This document shows positions 26,962 through 40,802 of a DNA stretch of 64,000 nt, in pieces. Source of the stretch: Antedon mediterranea (lineage: Eukaryota; Animalia; Echinodermata). Location of the stretch: NCBI RefSeq assembly GCF_964355755.1, contig NC_092680.1:2294001-2358000 (forward strand), given 5' to 3'. How positions within the stretch are numbered: the stretch's first letter is position 1; each line of letters begins with the position of its first letter. A program made the position numbers and the translations under genes. The notes beneath the pieces are model-generated. The model searched no databases, was not told where the DNA came from, and was given only the letters and a program-made list of their open reading frames with translations.

Positions 26962-29261
26962 CTAAAAACAAAAATTATACTACAATAAAAAATAGATAAT
27001 GCGTCAAGCAGTGGGCAAAACGAGCAGCAGAACCAGAAAGGCAAGGTGATTACAATAATACTTCTTTCTTGTTCTTGTGTCTTGCAATTAATAATAAAAT
27101 TCTGAATATTGAATAAATGATCCATAAATGGTGCTCTATAATCACTATTCCCTATCCAAGGTTCATTTCGGTAGCTGTATTTTGGTGATTTCAACATATA
27201 GCTATGGGTAAGATAATTTAAAGTATGAATACTTTATCTTGCCTTCTATGGACATATGGTGGCATATGAGATATAGATAATGGCACTACACACAAAGAAA
27301 TTCACTTAAGAAAGAGAGTAAAACTTCCCCACCAATCTTAGTGCAAGAAATAGTCTTCACATTTTCAAAGGGGTAATTATTTCCTTGCACAGTTACATTA
27401 TATAGTACAATAAGGAATCTGTGCAATTTGTTTCTCTGTGTTTCTGGACCCCAATGGAAATAGGTTTTTTATTTTTTGGGATATCCTTTTAACTCGAGTC
27501 TGTTGTACTGATTTTAATTGTTTACATGTTTTTATTGTATGTATCTCTGTTGACTCAGTTAATAAAGAAATCAATCAATCAATCAATGTATACCTCTTCT
27601 CCCTGACCATGGGTCCTTATTTGGATACTTTTTTAGGCTGAATAACTGATCTAAACAGTGATACTAAACGTTCATTCATCATTATCAAACCTGAATTTTG
27701 TGTTTGTGTTGTGGAGCTTGTAATGGTATATGTAATTATTATAGTTTTTGTAGCGGGTTTGAAATATAAACATGAAAACTGGTGCGCCTGATCAGGAATA
27801 GTTGATCTTGTCACGCATTAAACCAACTAACAAGACATCACAATCTCAAGTAGCTAACATAGGATTTTTACTGCAAACTAATATATCCATTTAATCTTTA
27901 TACTCAAATGTTATTCTCTGCTAATAAAATCTTATTACTAAAGTAGTCATCCTCGAAAATCACCTTACTTGCGGAAGTACAAGTATTTTTCTTGATTTAC
28001 ACGGTGAAGTGCATCTTAAACTGACACACTCTCGTTGAATAAACTCCTTATACATCTCACAACTCGCATTTTCATCCCGTTTAATCTTGGTATTATCACT
28101 CTGTCTATCTTTTAACCTCTTCTAATTATAAATAGTCATCTACTATAACACCTTGAATTCCATAATCTGGCTCACGTTGTAAGTGAATTGCATGTTGCGA
28201 CGTGTCAACTACTTAATAGATAATCCAACTGAAGAACCCCGCTTGTCAAAGATGATCATCGGCGTATCATTTGTCCGTTTTTAAACACTGTCTGTAGCTA
28301 CCTAATCTAATGGTAGTCATTCACAGCAACACATATCAATTATTGTAATCTCTTTTAATAACAGTTTTATGCTAGATAACATGGATGAAATCGGGGTGTA
28401 CAAACTTGTTAGAAACTATACGATAGATTTAGATACTACACAAAAAGTTTTTATTTTAATAAATTCTATGACATAGGCCTACATTTGAAAGATAGATTGC
28501 AAAACAGTTTGTGAATACAGTAATCGCTGTGTTATAACAAAATGATACGTACAGTAGAAGCAAGAACGAGAAAGTGGAGAGGCAACAATAATATAAATAT
28601 ATTAAAAATTGACTCTTTTGTCATTGATTAAATATTGTAGATACAAAGCAATATAATCCAGTTTGTCCAATTAATGAATTGAATTATTCTAATATTTAAA
28701 CAAAGCAAAGATGAGTTGATAGTATATTTTATGTTTCAAAATGATTTAATTGATTTATCTTCAATTTTCTAATCTGAGTATGTTGTCCAATACAGTATTA
28801 TTTTATAACCTTTACATAAAGTTTAGGTCATGTTTTATGATACATCCATATTGCAGACTTGATTTCAATAACTTTTTTAGGTCAAAGTTTATAATAACGG
28901 CAATACACTTTAACTACTAAACTTGTAGAGATAATTTAAACATCAATTTATAAAAGAAGTCAAAGACATGACTTGAACCCAGACTACCAGCATGTCACCA
29001 TTATGTAGCTGTGCTGGTAGTATGAGCCACTTACTATGAGTAACTTTCAGATTACTAATCTAATCTTTTTTTTTGTCTTTTATGTTTCCAGCACATCACC
29101 AGATGCATTGTCGCCTCATGATGTGTGGTGGAAACTAATCTAATCTTAATGTAACAATCTTTTAATCAATCCGTCATCTTTTTGTTGACAATCATACAAT
29201 GCTTTTGTGTTACACTTCATACAAGTTGCTGTTATACAACTTTTTCTTTTTGAAAATTAGC

Positions 29262-29367
29262 CTTCTCCTCCTCTTCTTTAGGACACCTCTATTAGGTGAC
29301 AAATTCCTGTAACATGAACGAAAGGGGGACGCTTTCATGTGTTTCTTAATATAGGGGATATACTGTA
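29262..29367. mobile_element. Decayed Tc1/mariner-type MITE remnant (related remnants near 23250, 31900, 41000, 48260, 48770, 50900, 58120)
   Basis: Recurrent GGACACC(T/C)CTATTA subterminal motifs and TACAGT/ACTGTA-like ends. Boundaries are approximate. Confidence 0.4.
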
Positions 29368-31244
29368 TAATAACGATTTTTTGCAAAACAATCTAAACTA
29401 TCTTTAAGTTTAAAAGTGTTTCCACCTATGATGGTTCTGTATACTGTTGGATGTACATGCCTGTATAAGGCACACTTAACAATATTAATATCATAATGAT
29501 TATTTTAATAATCTATTTTAGTGATTACAGTAACAATAATCTAACCATCTTCTACGACATAAGTACCGCATAAGCAGGGTCACAGCATTTTAAGTTCATG
29601 GAATAAGGTGACACGGTTTTCAACACCATTTTAAAAAGTTCATTTGACTAGGTCATATGATCACTAGGAGATTGCTTTTATGATTAAAACTATAAAGGTA
29701 ATCAAAGATTAATAAATTATTCCTGTCATATACAACCGACAACTTTCCACATCATTTAAACTGCCGGCAGCGTAACATTTTACTTCAGATAAAAATAGAT
29801 AAAATTGTGAAATATAGAGCATTATCTTTCCCAATGTTTATTTTAACTTTAGTAATTAAAAAATCAATTAATTTTTATTTTATATAATAAAAAGTTTAAT
29901 ATATAAACAAATTGTGAAAACTAATAAGAAATTTAAAAAGAAATATTTGTAGTTTTTATATATAATATTATTCTGGTTACTAAATAATTATTATTGTAAA
30001 TATATATTGTGGTAACTGAATATGATGGCAATTTAATAAATATTATTATGTTATAAATAAAGGCTGTTGCAGATTTCATATTTTTAGACACAGCATCTAT
30101 ACATTGACTCTGTGTTTTTAATCAATTGATTGTTATCAAGCAAGTTCAAATTAATAAACGATTACAGACAATTTTATTGATTACTTATTTGTATCATCAA
30201 TTTCATTCTAATCAATTAATATCAATTCCAACCAATCAATCAATCAACAATTAGTAATTAATATCCCCCTACAGAAAGTTTATTTTCTATTGATTATTTA
30301 ATGTTATCACCAATCGAGTTCCAAATCAATCAATATAGATCAATCAACCAATAATCAATATCTATCAGCATAACATTTTTATTGATTATTCAATTGAATC
30401 ATTAATCACATTTCAATTAATGTAATCAATTTAATTTATATATCAGTAATCAATATCCATCTGCTGTATTGATTTTTTAATTGTATTGATTTGTAGAAGT
30501 AGGACTTTAACTTTAAGTTATATCATATTAACGAGTTTAGATTAATCAAGTATGTAAAATGACAAACAAAAAATGTATCTGAATCCTAATACTTCAAAAA
30601 CAAATTAAATCGCCAAAGAAGATTAATTCAGAATTTTTCAAAGCATTATATTATCAGATAAAACGTCATATACAATGAAGATATAACGTAGATGAATAAC
30701 CTCTGGGTGGCGGATGGAATCGTGACAAACTCATTATGAGGAGATGCTTAGTATGGGTCAGGGAAAAGTGTGTTAATACTCTACCAAACACATTACAGAC
30801 AACGAAGCTATCACCTCGCTGCAAATGGTCATTGAATAGGCTTAGAATAATAATAAAGCTGTTTATGACTTGTATGTAAGGGGAGAACTTTGTGCACGTA
30901 TGGGTGGCTGGTTTTGAATTAAAAGTAGAACATCTGATAAATACATTCTCTTTTAATCTATAAGGTTATATAGCGTATATTACAGACAATTACATTGCCA
31001 GGCCATCGTGTCAAAAGTCTTGTGGTCAGAAAAAAAACGTAATATAGATTATTTAAAAAAAATCGCTTTTAAAAGTTTAAATATAGTTCTAGTGGAGTGC
31101 ATTTTTTCAACCTTGTCATTTTATTTTAAAATATGACAAAATAAATAATTGTTAATAATATGCATTGTTCTTCAACTCAAATTTAAATAATAGGTGTGAA
31201 CTTAAAACTGAGGACAAAATAGTGATTTCCCACATATTAACTTA

Positions 31245-31390
31245 AGCTCTGTCTACACTATGAAACAGTATGTGACAAAAAATGTGATGTGCCCATATAT
31301 GGACATGATGATGTCATGTCACTACCATATTTAGGTATATCACTACCATATTTGGGAACATCACACTTGTTTGATAGTGTAGACAGAGCT
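31245..31390. mobile_element. MITE family A copy
   Basis: Same TIRs, TTA target duplication on both sides. Confidence 0.9.
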
Positions 31391-33519
31391 TTAGAGAATG
31401 TTTTGGGAATACTTTGAATTGGTTTATACTACTGGAGGGTCAGTTGAGCAGGATGACTTTTACTTAGCTAGTTAACAACATTGTGATATAGTTTATATAT
31501 ATATATTATATATAGATATAAGTTTATTGTACAGAGAGAATTCTGAAATAAAAATATATTATTATATATCTATGGTTAAAAAATGCAAACATAACTAATA
31601 TAATATACAATAAAGAATAATTAGTGTAGTGTAATGTAAACATTTATTATATATATGAAAATAACTCAGGTGAAACATTAGTAATTCAGAAATGCAAATG
31701 AGGTATATTAGAATAAATGATAAAAAACAGAAATAAAGACAACAGACGAATATTTTCAATGCAGGTTTTAGATTTAATTAGTAATGAAGCAGATGTGTCA
31801 ACAAATCATTAATATAAACAGAAAAATAAATGAATTTTATATAATAGGCCTATATTAGAATCAGTGGCACTTGGTATATAATAGAACTACTCTGTTGGAG
31901 TTTATTTCTCCTGCTTATTCCGAGGACACCTCTATGAAGGGAACACCTAAATAGGGGGCATTATATGTTTTAACATTAAAGCCAACCACTATTAAGGGGA
32001 CAGCAATGGGGGAACACTTTTTTGGGCCGGAAAAGGATTATACTGAAGTATTAAGAGAAGTATTGAGAATCTCAATTGATAGTGCTTTAAATAAACTCTA
32101 AATCCTTACCCCATAGGGTGTAGTCTGGATCAGCCAATGAGAACCAAGATGGTTATTATTCATAATTATTATTATTTACTAAATGGAAAAAATAATTTTT
32201 TTTAATGTATAGTATCATATTGTTACTGTAGATAACCTTGTATTTAGTAAGTTATAAAGTAAAACCAGAAAGATATGTACTTTTTAATTATTTTCTCAAT
32301 ATTTCAGAAGAAAATTACTTTTATTTACTTGAAATACTTAATCACATTTATAAACGATTCTATTCATTTATGTACACAAGAATTCTTAATAACTTCATGC
32401 TAATTAATTAATTAATTAATTGATATACAACATTAATTAGTTTATATTCCTGATTATTTGAAAGTCCTTTTTTATTTTTCTGTTTAAAAAAGAGGAAGCA
32501 TATTAACATTTATAATTCATCTTAAAAATTATAAATTTAAATACATAATTAATTTGAATACTTTATATTAAAAAAAATAAGAATGAAAAAGAACTTTTTA
32601 TTTTGAATAAACTAGTATTAATATTATACTAATGTGACATTTATCGTAAAATTTACAGACTTGACCTTTAGGTTACACCGCATGTTAGTGATATCGCATG
32701 GGATATGAAAATACCCACCGTGCGAACTTTTTAAGTGCCGTGTTCGGAAATGGTATAGCCCAGAATTGCTATCTTTAATTGGCTGAATGCCTAAATCATC
32801 GCTAGATTACTCAGACATTTAACAAAACTCGCAACGTACATGTTTCTACTTAATTTGTACGTCGGCTTGACCAGTATTGTTACAAAAAACATAAGTTGAA
32901 ACCAATTTGTTTACAATAAATTTTTAAATAAATCTAACCTTGGGACGGATTATAATAATTTAGACGATATTTCATAAAAAACTTATAGACGTGATCATAA
33001 ACAATTTTTTTAGGATATTAAAATATTAAGCTCGTTAAAGTTTAACGAGCTAAAGAAGTCGTCAAGAATATGTGAAAGGAATTATTAAAAATTTGTAAGG
33101 CCAAAATTCATGGTCAAAATAGTCTGCCCAGATTTTAACGTTGATGGTAAGATTTTTATATGACTTATTAATTTTATTATGGTAATAATTACCAACAAAC
33201 TTGCATTAATATCAAATAATTTTGACAGAAAAACTGAGAAAAACTTGGACGTCTTTTTGTCGAAATAAGAGGTGATAATGTAAATCTTCTTTAAAAAATG
33301 TCAACAATATCTTCCTGATAATATTCAGCAAAGATTCCTTTTCAGTAGTACAATTTTGTTACCCAAATGTATAAAAAACAAAATCCCACTTTTATATTAT
33401 AGATACAATTAAAATTGTCACATTGTTCATTTTTTTCAATTCTTGTGTTGACACTATCAATAAAATGTTTAGAAAATATTGACATTTCGGCCAAAACACA
33501 GCAACAACATTATTGTCTT

Positions 33520-33639
33520 GCTCTGTCTACACTATTGACAAACAAATGTGATGTGCCATATATGGACATGATGTCATATCACTACCATATTTGGGCACAT
33601 AATTTTGTTGTCAAACTCGTTTGCTAGTGAGACAGAGCT
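33520..33639. mobile_element. MITE family A copy, internally deleted
   Basis: GCTCTGTCTACACTAT...GACAGAGCT+TTA, with the shared core GTGCCATATATGGACATGATG. Confidence 0.85.
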
Positions 33640-34620
33640 TTAAGCAATAAATCGCATCAAATAAGAGAATACCACTATACATTCTATATCAGTATAATTC
33701 AAAAAAAGCTTAAGTAATTCAGCTTCTGAATGTCACCTCAATATGTACCTACAGGCTCCACTTGCCCTCAAAATTTTAACTTCTTTATCTACTTTAATTG
33801 CGTCATATTTTTATTTCTAGGTTATAGATACGAATTTAAACTTAAAAATAAACTGTCGATTTTAAACGTTCTTTAACATAGTGGAAAGGTTTAGTCAATA
33901 AAGAGATTTTAGGTTAAAGTAAATTTCGGTACAGATTATACATTGTTTTAAGTGCATAATTCAAATTAGGATGCAAATCATCCAATCCAAATTGGATTGG
34001 AAAAAAAAAGTGAATTGAATATATTCAAATTAGTTAATGATTCAAACAAAAATGTTTTTTTAGGTGAGTAGGTGAGTTGAATATATTTATATGCAAATTG
34101 ATATGCAAATTATTTAATGATTCAAAACAGTGATTTAAAAAAAATTAAATTAGTGTACAGAGGAATTGAATATATTTAATATTCAAATTGCTATGCAAAT
34201 TAACTAATGATTCAAAACAATGATGATTTTAAAATAAATTATCATGCAATTAATTTAATGATTCAAACAAGTCTTTTAATTAATTATAATACAACATATT
34301 AAGTAAATTTGAAATGTTTCTTTCAAAGAAATTTACAGTTAATGTTACTAACAATCAATTTTTATCAATAATTAACAAAAATAAAAATATTAAAATATTT
34401 GAAAAGGTAAAATAAATTGAATCTTTAATATTGTATTTATATTATTAAATAAAACACTTTATTCAGACAACTATGGTTCAATTATATCTCTGCAAATCTA
34501 ATAAAAGTTTTAACTTAAGCATTAATAATTAAAATGATAATCATGTTACATAATGAACAAAAAGAAATGTTTCAAATTAGTGGTGATGGTACTGACTCAG
34601 TTATAATCCAACCTCAGTAA

Positions 34621-34780
34621 AGCTCTGTCTACACTATCAAACTTTATGTGACAAAACAATGTGATGTTCCCACATATGGACATAATGATGTCATCACTAC
34701 CATATATAAGCATACCACTACCATATTTGGTCACATCACACTTTTTTTTGTCAAACTAGTTTGATAGTGTAAACAGGGCT
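34621..34780. mobile_element. MITE family A copy, 160 bp
   Basis: AGCTCTGTCTACACTATCAAACT...AGTTTGATAGTGTAAACAGGGCT, preceded by TAA. Confidence 0.9.
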
Positions 34781-34957
34781 TACATAGTGTATGGGTTTAT
34801 ATTTGAGCCAATAGATTAACACAACATAACTTTTAGCTTGAAAAATGAAACTTGTTAATAAAGAAAATGAAGATCACGTCAAACATGTGAGTCATTGTTA
34901 GCAGTTTTGTCATGGTGAATAAGTATGGACTGCAATCAGTGACATATCAACAATCAC

Positions 34958-35122
34958 CTGGTATTCCTGTGACTGCAATAGCGTGCCATGAACCACAGGC
35001 TAATAGTCTCAAACGTTTTTCAGCAATGTCGATTCTCCTAGGCTGATAAAAGCAAGTTTCAGTATCATCGCTCAATGGGATAACTTGACTGTTTTTTCCC
35101 CACATGTACAATTGACCACCAT
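34958..35122 (-). CDS. Internal coding exon, last RCC1 blade
   Basis: Acceptor TTTCAG, donor CAG|GTGATT. 165 nt, phase 1/1, joins the previous exon in frame (G+AT=Asp): DGGQLYMWGKNSQVIPLSDDTETCFYQPRRIDIAEKRLRLLACGSWHAIAVTGIP. Overlaps track ORF 34947..35156. Confidence 0.92.
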
Positions 35123-35453
35123 CTGAAATAAAAACACCCAAATAAAATATGGCCAAATTAAACTAGATCTTAGATTCAAGTCCGAGATGTAATGGTTTTG
35201 GATGACTTTGCTCTTAATTATTGTGTTGATAGTTTAAAAGAATTGTTTAAAAGTTCAATCGGAGTTTTTACACATTTTACTGAAAATCAATGAATGAATG
35301 AAAAGCAAATACAAAATTATATTGGAGACCTCAACTACTTTCAGTGCCAATATTTTTTCAGTTAGAAAATAAATGTCAGTACAAAATAGGTAAAAAACAA
35401 AAAAAAAGAGTTCTATCATACATTCAATCGACAATAATAAATTTACTACTTAC

Positions 35454-35618
35454 CAGTGAGGGCAGCACAATATTGTTCCCCGCAACGAATTAGTGATATA
35501 CGTAATCCATCAAATAAATCCGGATGAATTAGTTGCGGATTTTGTAAATAATGTATATCCCTTCCATGACCTAGCTGGCCACTCATGCCACCCCCGAAAG
35601 AGTATACAGATCCAGAAC
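35454..35618 (-). CDS. Internal coding exon of an RCC1-repeat protein (one RCC1 blade)
   Basis: Acceptor TTGCAG (35624-35619), donor GTAAGT (35453-35448). 165 nt, phase 1/1. Translates SGSVYSFGGGMSGQLGHGRDIHYLQNPQLIHPDLFDGLRISLIRCGEQYCAALT, matching the RCC1 consensus (G.VY.FG....GQLG.G ... I.CG..H..ALT). Not in the ORF track. Confidence 0.93.
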
Positions 35619-35671
35619 CTGCAATGTAACAAATAATTCATTTAATGAAAATACAAATAAAATATAGTTAA

Positions 35672-35846
35672 AGATATATCGTCCCCCTAAAAAAAAAAAT
35701 GTTGTTTCCATTTTTTTTTTATATGCCATTTTAATGTAAAATAATAGTTATTCACTTTGACCAAAAACTGGATCGAAAAAAAAATTATTTACCTGAAAAG
35801 AATGTAATTTAAAGCATTTTTCATGTTTTTGGGGGACAATACATTT
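35672..35846. mobile_element. Kolobok-like element copy, internally deleted
   Basis: TTAA|AGATATATCGTCCCCC...CATGTTTTTGGGGGACAATACAT. Shares ATGCCATTTTAATGT and TTTACCTGAAAA blocks with the 18524 copy. Confidence 0.75.
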
Positions 35847-38588
35847 GTAAATATGCAACGTAGTAGCCTTGTAAAGGTAACTTTCCCGCATGTACTTAGA
35901 CTATTTTTTTACAAAGTTTGAATTACTTGCATGTTTGGTTTTATCTTTCTTTTGTCAAGATTTAACACTGGCAATCGTTGGAAAACCGTTGCTAATTCAA
36001 CACCGAGAGAATGTAAACAGCATTCGGGTTGTAATTTTTTGGTCAATTTAGCCGGCTACTTGGTTAACTTCATCAAATTATCCAGTGTGATCAAGGTTTT
36101 ATGAATTAATATACCTAAATATATGAAAATAAAGTCCCAACACTATTGAAAAATAACAAAATAGGCCTGTATCTTTTTTTCAAGTTTTCTAACGAAACAT
36201 ATTGGATTAATATCTCACATAAAAAATATCCAAAATGATAAAAAAAGATAAAATTAAAAATAACGATGATAATAGTACATTTGAGGTCATTTACGAGAAA
36301 TAGTGCAAACGCTCATCAAAGCTAAAATAATGGCAAAATCAATTTTTACTAAAAAACAACATATAACGGTGTTACAATACAGTATTAAACAAGATCACCT
36401 GTTATGATTAATAATCATATTAATTCAATAGAAGTTAACAAATATAAATTAAAAAGAAATTCAGGACTCACTAAAAAGTTCAATGATCTTACAGTATTAT
36501 TTTTTTTATGTAAATTATATTGCTATCACAATTTTACCAAATATCATTACTGTTACCAGCAGAAAAAAAGGGCATTGAAGAGAAATATACTACTGATTAA
36601 TTTTATATGAAGTTTATAATAATTAAAGTTGTGTGTGGAGAGGAGAGAGACGAGGTAGAATTTTGAGAAAAATTATCCCGGAAAAAAAGATGAATCTAGT
36701 TGGGAACAAAAATTTCCAGGAAAAAAAAAAGACAGAGGAAATTAAGCTACTATTTTAAAAAGTTGTGGGTGAATATAGCCTAAAGGGTTTTTATTTTATA
36801 CTTGAAACATTATATCATATTATTAAATGTATTATATTTTAAAAGAATTCTTCTGTTGATGTGTTGATTATAGTTTATAACAACAAAACTTAGTTGGCGT
36901 AAGTAAAATGGCAACTAGGGGAAATATTGCTACTCAAATAGATTAAGAAAATCTACTGAAGAGTGACTCGTTGACAAAATGACATGGTTTTCTACACTTG
37001 CCATTCGTAGCCTCACACTTCTTGTTATTAATAACGCTAATCTTGTGATCGAGCAGCACCCCAAAAGCACTCGATAAATCCTTCTACAAATCTATTTACT
37101 TGCTTGTTTTCGTCGTTTCCTCGTGATTACGCCACTCAAATAGGATTCGTTGCGTGAAGGAGGCTATATTGCACATGGTAAAGGAGAAGTAATAGAACAT
37201 CTCAACTTTGTCCGCAAACGTGAAAGGTGGGGACTTAAAGGGATATTAAAACTGAGCTTAAATGGATTAATACATTGTGTATGAAAGTTCATCAAAGAAC
37301 CACACAGTTAACATAGGCCATAGAAGAACTTGGGGGAGTTGGAATATTCGACGATGAATTTTCTTAATTATTTTTAGTTTAATTATGTTTGTTATTTTGT
37401 AAATTATTTTGATACTGATTTTGAATTTTGTGTTATTTTTTTTACATCCTCAAATAAGAACACAAATGTTTGTCAAGCTTTCATTACAAAATAAAATATC
37501 AATCTAAAAAACGACAATGGACAAAATTATTGTAAAAACTGAAAATTAAAAGATTCCTCCTCTTTAATACTTCAATGAAGTTGTTGATCAATGGTTGATC
37601 AATAATGTTTAAAGTGAGAATTGGCCACCATCTCATGTTTTACCATTATACTAGAGAACAATAGTTTAGCATGAGGGACAAAAGAGAGAAGTTCTCTTTA
37701 GTCTATAAGATTTAAAGTAAATTAAAGGTAATTGTAAATAGTTAAATTAATAAAATTTCAAAGTTAAATGATGATCCTTCAATTGCAACTGTGATGCATC
37801 AAGCAAGTATAAATCAATTGATTATTAATCCAGAGGTATGTCCTAACATCAACTTGTAATTTAATTTATCTATCAAAGTTTTATATTTTGCTAAAAGCAT
37901 GTGAAGGAAAAATATGCGCTAGATACTGAATTTGATTATTTTAATAACATTTTGATCAGAAAATAGAAAAACTGAATATTGCCTACTGGAAATGCCACTT
38001 TAGGTTTTCTTTATTTGAATTTTATCTTTCATTCAGACAGTAGATATAATTTTAAAAATAATCTTATTCTTTGGAACATCAGCAGTTCTTTTTACGATTC
38101 TGCTCTTTTTAACATTAATACGATTACTCCTGTACTTCACATTTCATTGCATATCATATGAAACGTAATGAAAATGCCTGAAGTAGGTATGGCGACACGT
38201 ATGTATGACTGTTTGTAAAGACGTTCAAGACTGTTTTTTCCAAAAGTATTTGCAATAGTTATTAAAAAGATTGTAAACATCCAAATACAAATCATATAAG
38301 TATACTTCTTATTCATGTTTGATTTCTTTATAAATTATCTTTGATAAAATTGAATGATACAAAAAATATTAAAAACATGATAAATAAATAAACTAAATAA
38401 ATTAATTATTACAATTGTTTCATTTCTTTGGAAGTTGAAATACAAATGCCTTTATCATATAGTTTTTATACTTTTAACTAAATATTACATACTTATAATA
38501 TTATATGGATTAACCTTTAAACTATATATACAGTACGCATTGTATAGATGGAACTTTCTAGTAAAGCGAACAAGGGGCAGTTTCAACA

Positions 38589-38670
38589 CTAGCAACCTCT
38601 ATCCCTAGCAACCTCTATCCCTAGCAACCTCTATCCCTAGCAACCTCTATTCCTAGCAACCTCTATCCCT
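38589..38670. repeat. 16-bp minisatellite x5 (CTAGCAACCTCTATCC)
   Basis: Units at 38589, 38605, 38621, 38637 and 38653, abutting a Kolobok-like element. Confidence 0.95.
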
Positions 38671-38673
38671 TAA

Positions 38674-38856
38674 AGAAGTATTGTCCCTCAAAAACATGAA
38701 AATTGTTCTATTCTAAACTAAATCAGACTTTAAATATGTTATTTTGTAGTTTGAATAAAGTTAATCACTTCCATAGATAATTATTATGTGACATTAAAAT
38801 GGCATATTCAACAAAAAAATTTAAAAAATATAATTTTTCAAGGGGACAATACATCT
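38674..38856. mobile_element. Kolobok-like element copy, reverse orientation
   Basis: TTAA|AGAAGTATTGTCCCTCAAAAACATGAA...GGGGACAATACATCT|TTAA. Confidence 0.78.
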
Positions 38857-39253
38857 TTAAATTATATATTTTGTATATGTTTGGTACTCTATAGCAAGTC
38901 ATGCCATGTCAACTGATATAACATACTACAGTGAGATATAGAATGTTTAATATTTATACTACATAATGTATATTAGTGTAATAATATTAAGTTGGATTAG
39001 TATCAAATTTGTAAGAAAAGTTAAATTTAAAAGTTAACTAGATTTCAAACCGAACATAACCTTTCTGTCATACAATTTTCATGTTTTTGTAGATCATATT
39101 TCAAATTCAATTTCTATAGAAGTGTCAAAGGTGTTTAAAAGAACTAGAAGATGCACATGTATTCTATATTTTAATCATAGAAAGAATGAACAGGTTATGC
39201 ATTTTATAGCAACACTGTGCAACCTAAGAACATTTGACAGTGACATCATCTAA

Positions 39254-39385
39254 GGCCTGTTTATGGTAGTGATATGTCCAAATATGGTAGTGATATGCCC
39301 AAATATGGTAGTGATATGACATCATCATGTCCATATATTGCCACATCACAATTTTTGGCAAACTAGTTTGATTGTAGACAGAGCT
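39254..39385. mobile_element. MITE family A copy, reverse orientation, partial
   Basis: ATGGTAGTGATATG repeats, ends GTAGACAGAGCT+TAA. Confidence 0.8.
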
Positions 39386-40788
39386 TAAGGTTTGTTGTTG
39401 GAAGCACAAACTTACAAATAAAAATAGTTTTAATGTTATTTTAGAGTTACCCAAAATTTGTGCTCAAAAGTAGTCAAGTGTTTGGGATAATACGTTAGTT
39501 GATTCAAGGTCAACACCGATAAAATCTCAACATTATTTACCATTGCATCTAAAAACTATTTGGATTTATTATTTATATATTTTTGCATTACATTCCAACA
39601 TAAAAAATATTTTAAGTTTAATTTAATGTTAAAACATTAGCATTAAATGATGTGCATTCATCTCTACATCAATAAAAAATGGCATACATTAAAGTTGAAC
39701 TTTACATTACATGTCACTTAAAGATTCAATGATCATGTTGATAAATTGTTAAGTGTGTGAACTATGCATAAAAGTAATTGCTAATGAAATAGATACAAAA
39801 AAAAAATACCCTGAAGTTGAATTATAAAATAATAAATATCTTTCTATAGATTCATATGTAGAAATGTATAAAACATGCACACAAATTACAAATTAACCGA
39901 TGATTTAACCTCAGAACGGTTAAACAAGACGAGAAAAAAAAACTTCTGGTCAACGCTTTGGAGTTCACTGACCTCGATATACATCACAAACCTATCGTAA
40001 TTCCTCAGCTAAATCACTATTTGATGTAAAAACAATTTCAGAGAGATTACGGAGGATGGTTAAAGATTTGATACGCTAAGTCCAAACCCGACCAGTGTTG
40101 ATCATCTACAAATAAAATCCTTAAGAGTCTTATGAGCATTTGATGTGTTTGAGTTGTTCTAGGTAAGTAGGCCAAACAAACAAATACCTGTTAGCACATT
40201 TCATGTCTAATTTCAATTTTGTCGGAATTGATTTCCATTTTATAAATGAGGTATTGTGATTGAATGCTTATCATTTACATAAATTACAATTTTTTTTAGT
40301 TTTAACAAAGCTACAGTTAAAATACATTTTCTTTGTTATTTACATTTACTTTTCATAGCAAAATACATTGTTTGCTTCAATTTTTTTATTCATTTCAGTC
40401 TTGTTTGTTTTCATAACTTTTCAATATATCAAACTACACTAGATGTGATCCGCGCAAATGCAAAGTCAAATTATGTGTGTGGAAATTGGGTGTATGTGCT
40501 ATGAAGTTTATATGTATGGTGATGACTTTGGCAATATGTCATAATATATAACATTATATATCATAGGTGGTCATTAGGTGGTTCGGCAAACAATATAATA
40601 CAAGTAATTATCTAAACATTTAATTTCTGGCTATCAACCAAGCAGAGAATGAAAGACTCGACAATTAACATTCTACATAGTCTCCATCTTAATTGAGGGT
40701 TTTACAATTATAATTATAAACAAAACACAATAATATATATAATTTCCTTCCAATCTATAACAACTATTGCCATTAGTCTAGTCCTTAA

Positions 40789-40802
40789 GTTGTCATGGCA
40801 AC
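40789..40802. promoter_or_regulatory. RFX X-box motif GTTGTCATGGCAAC
   Basis: One mismatch from the palindromic consensus GTTGCCATGGCAAC. Function untested. Confidence 0.45.
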
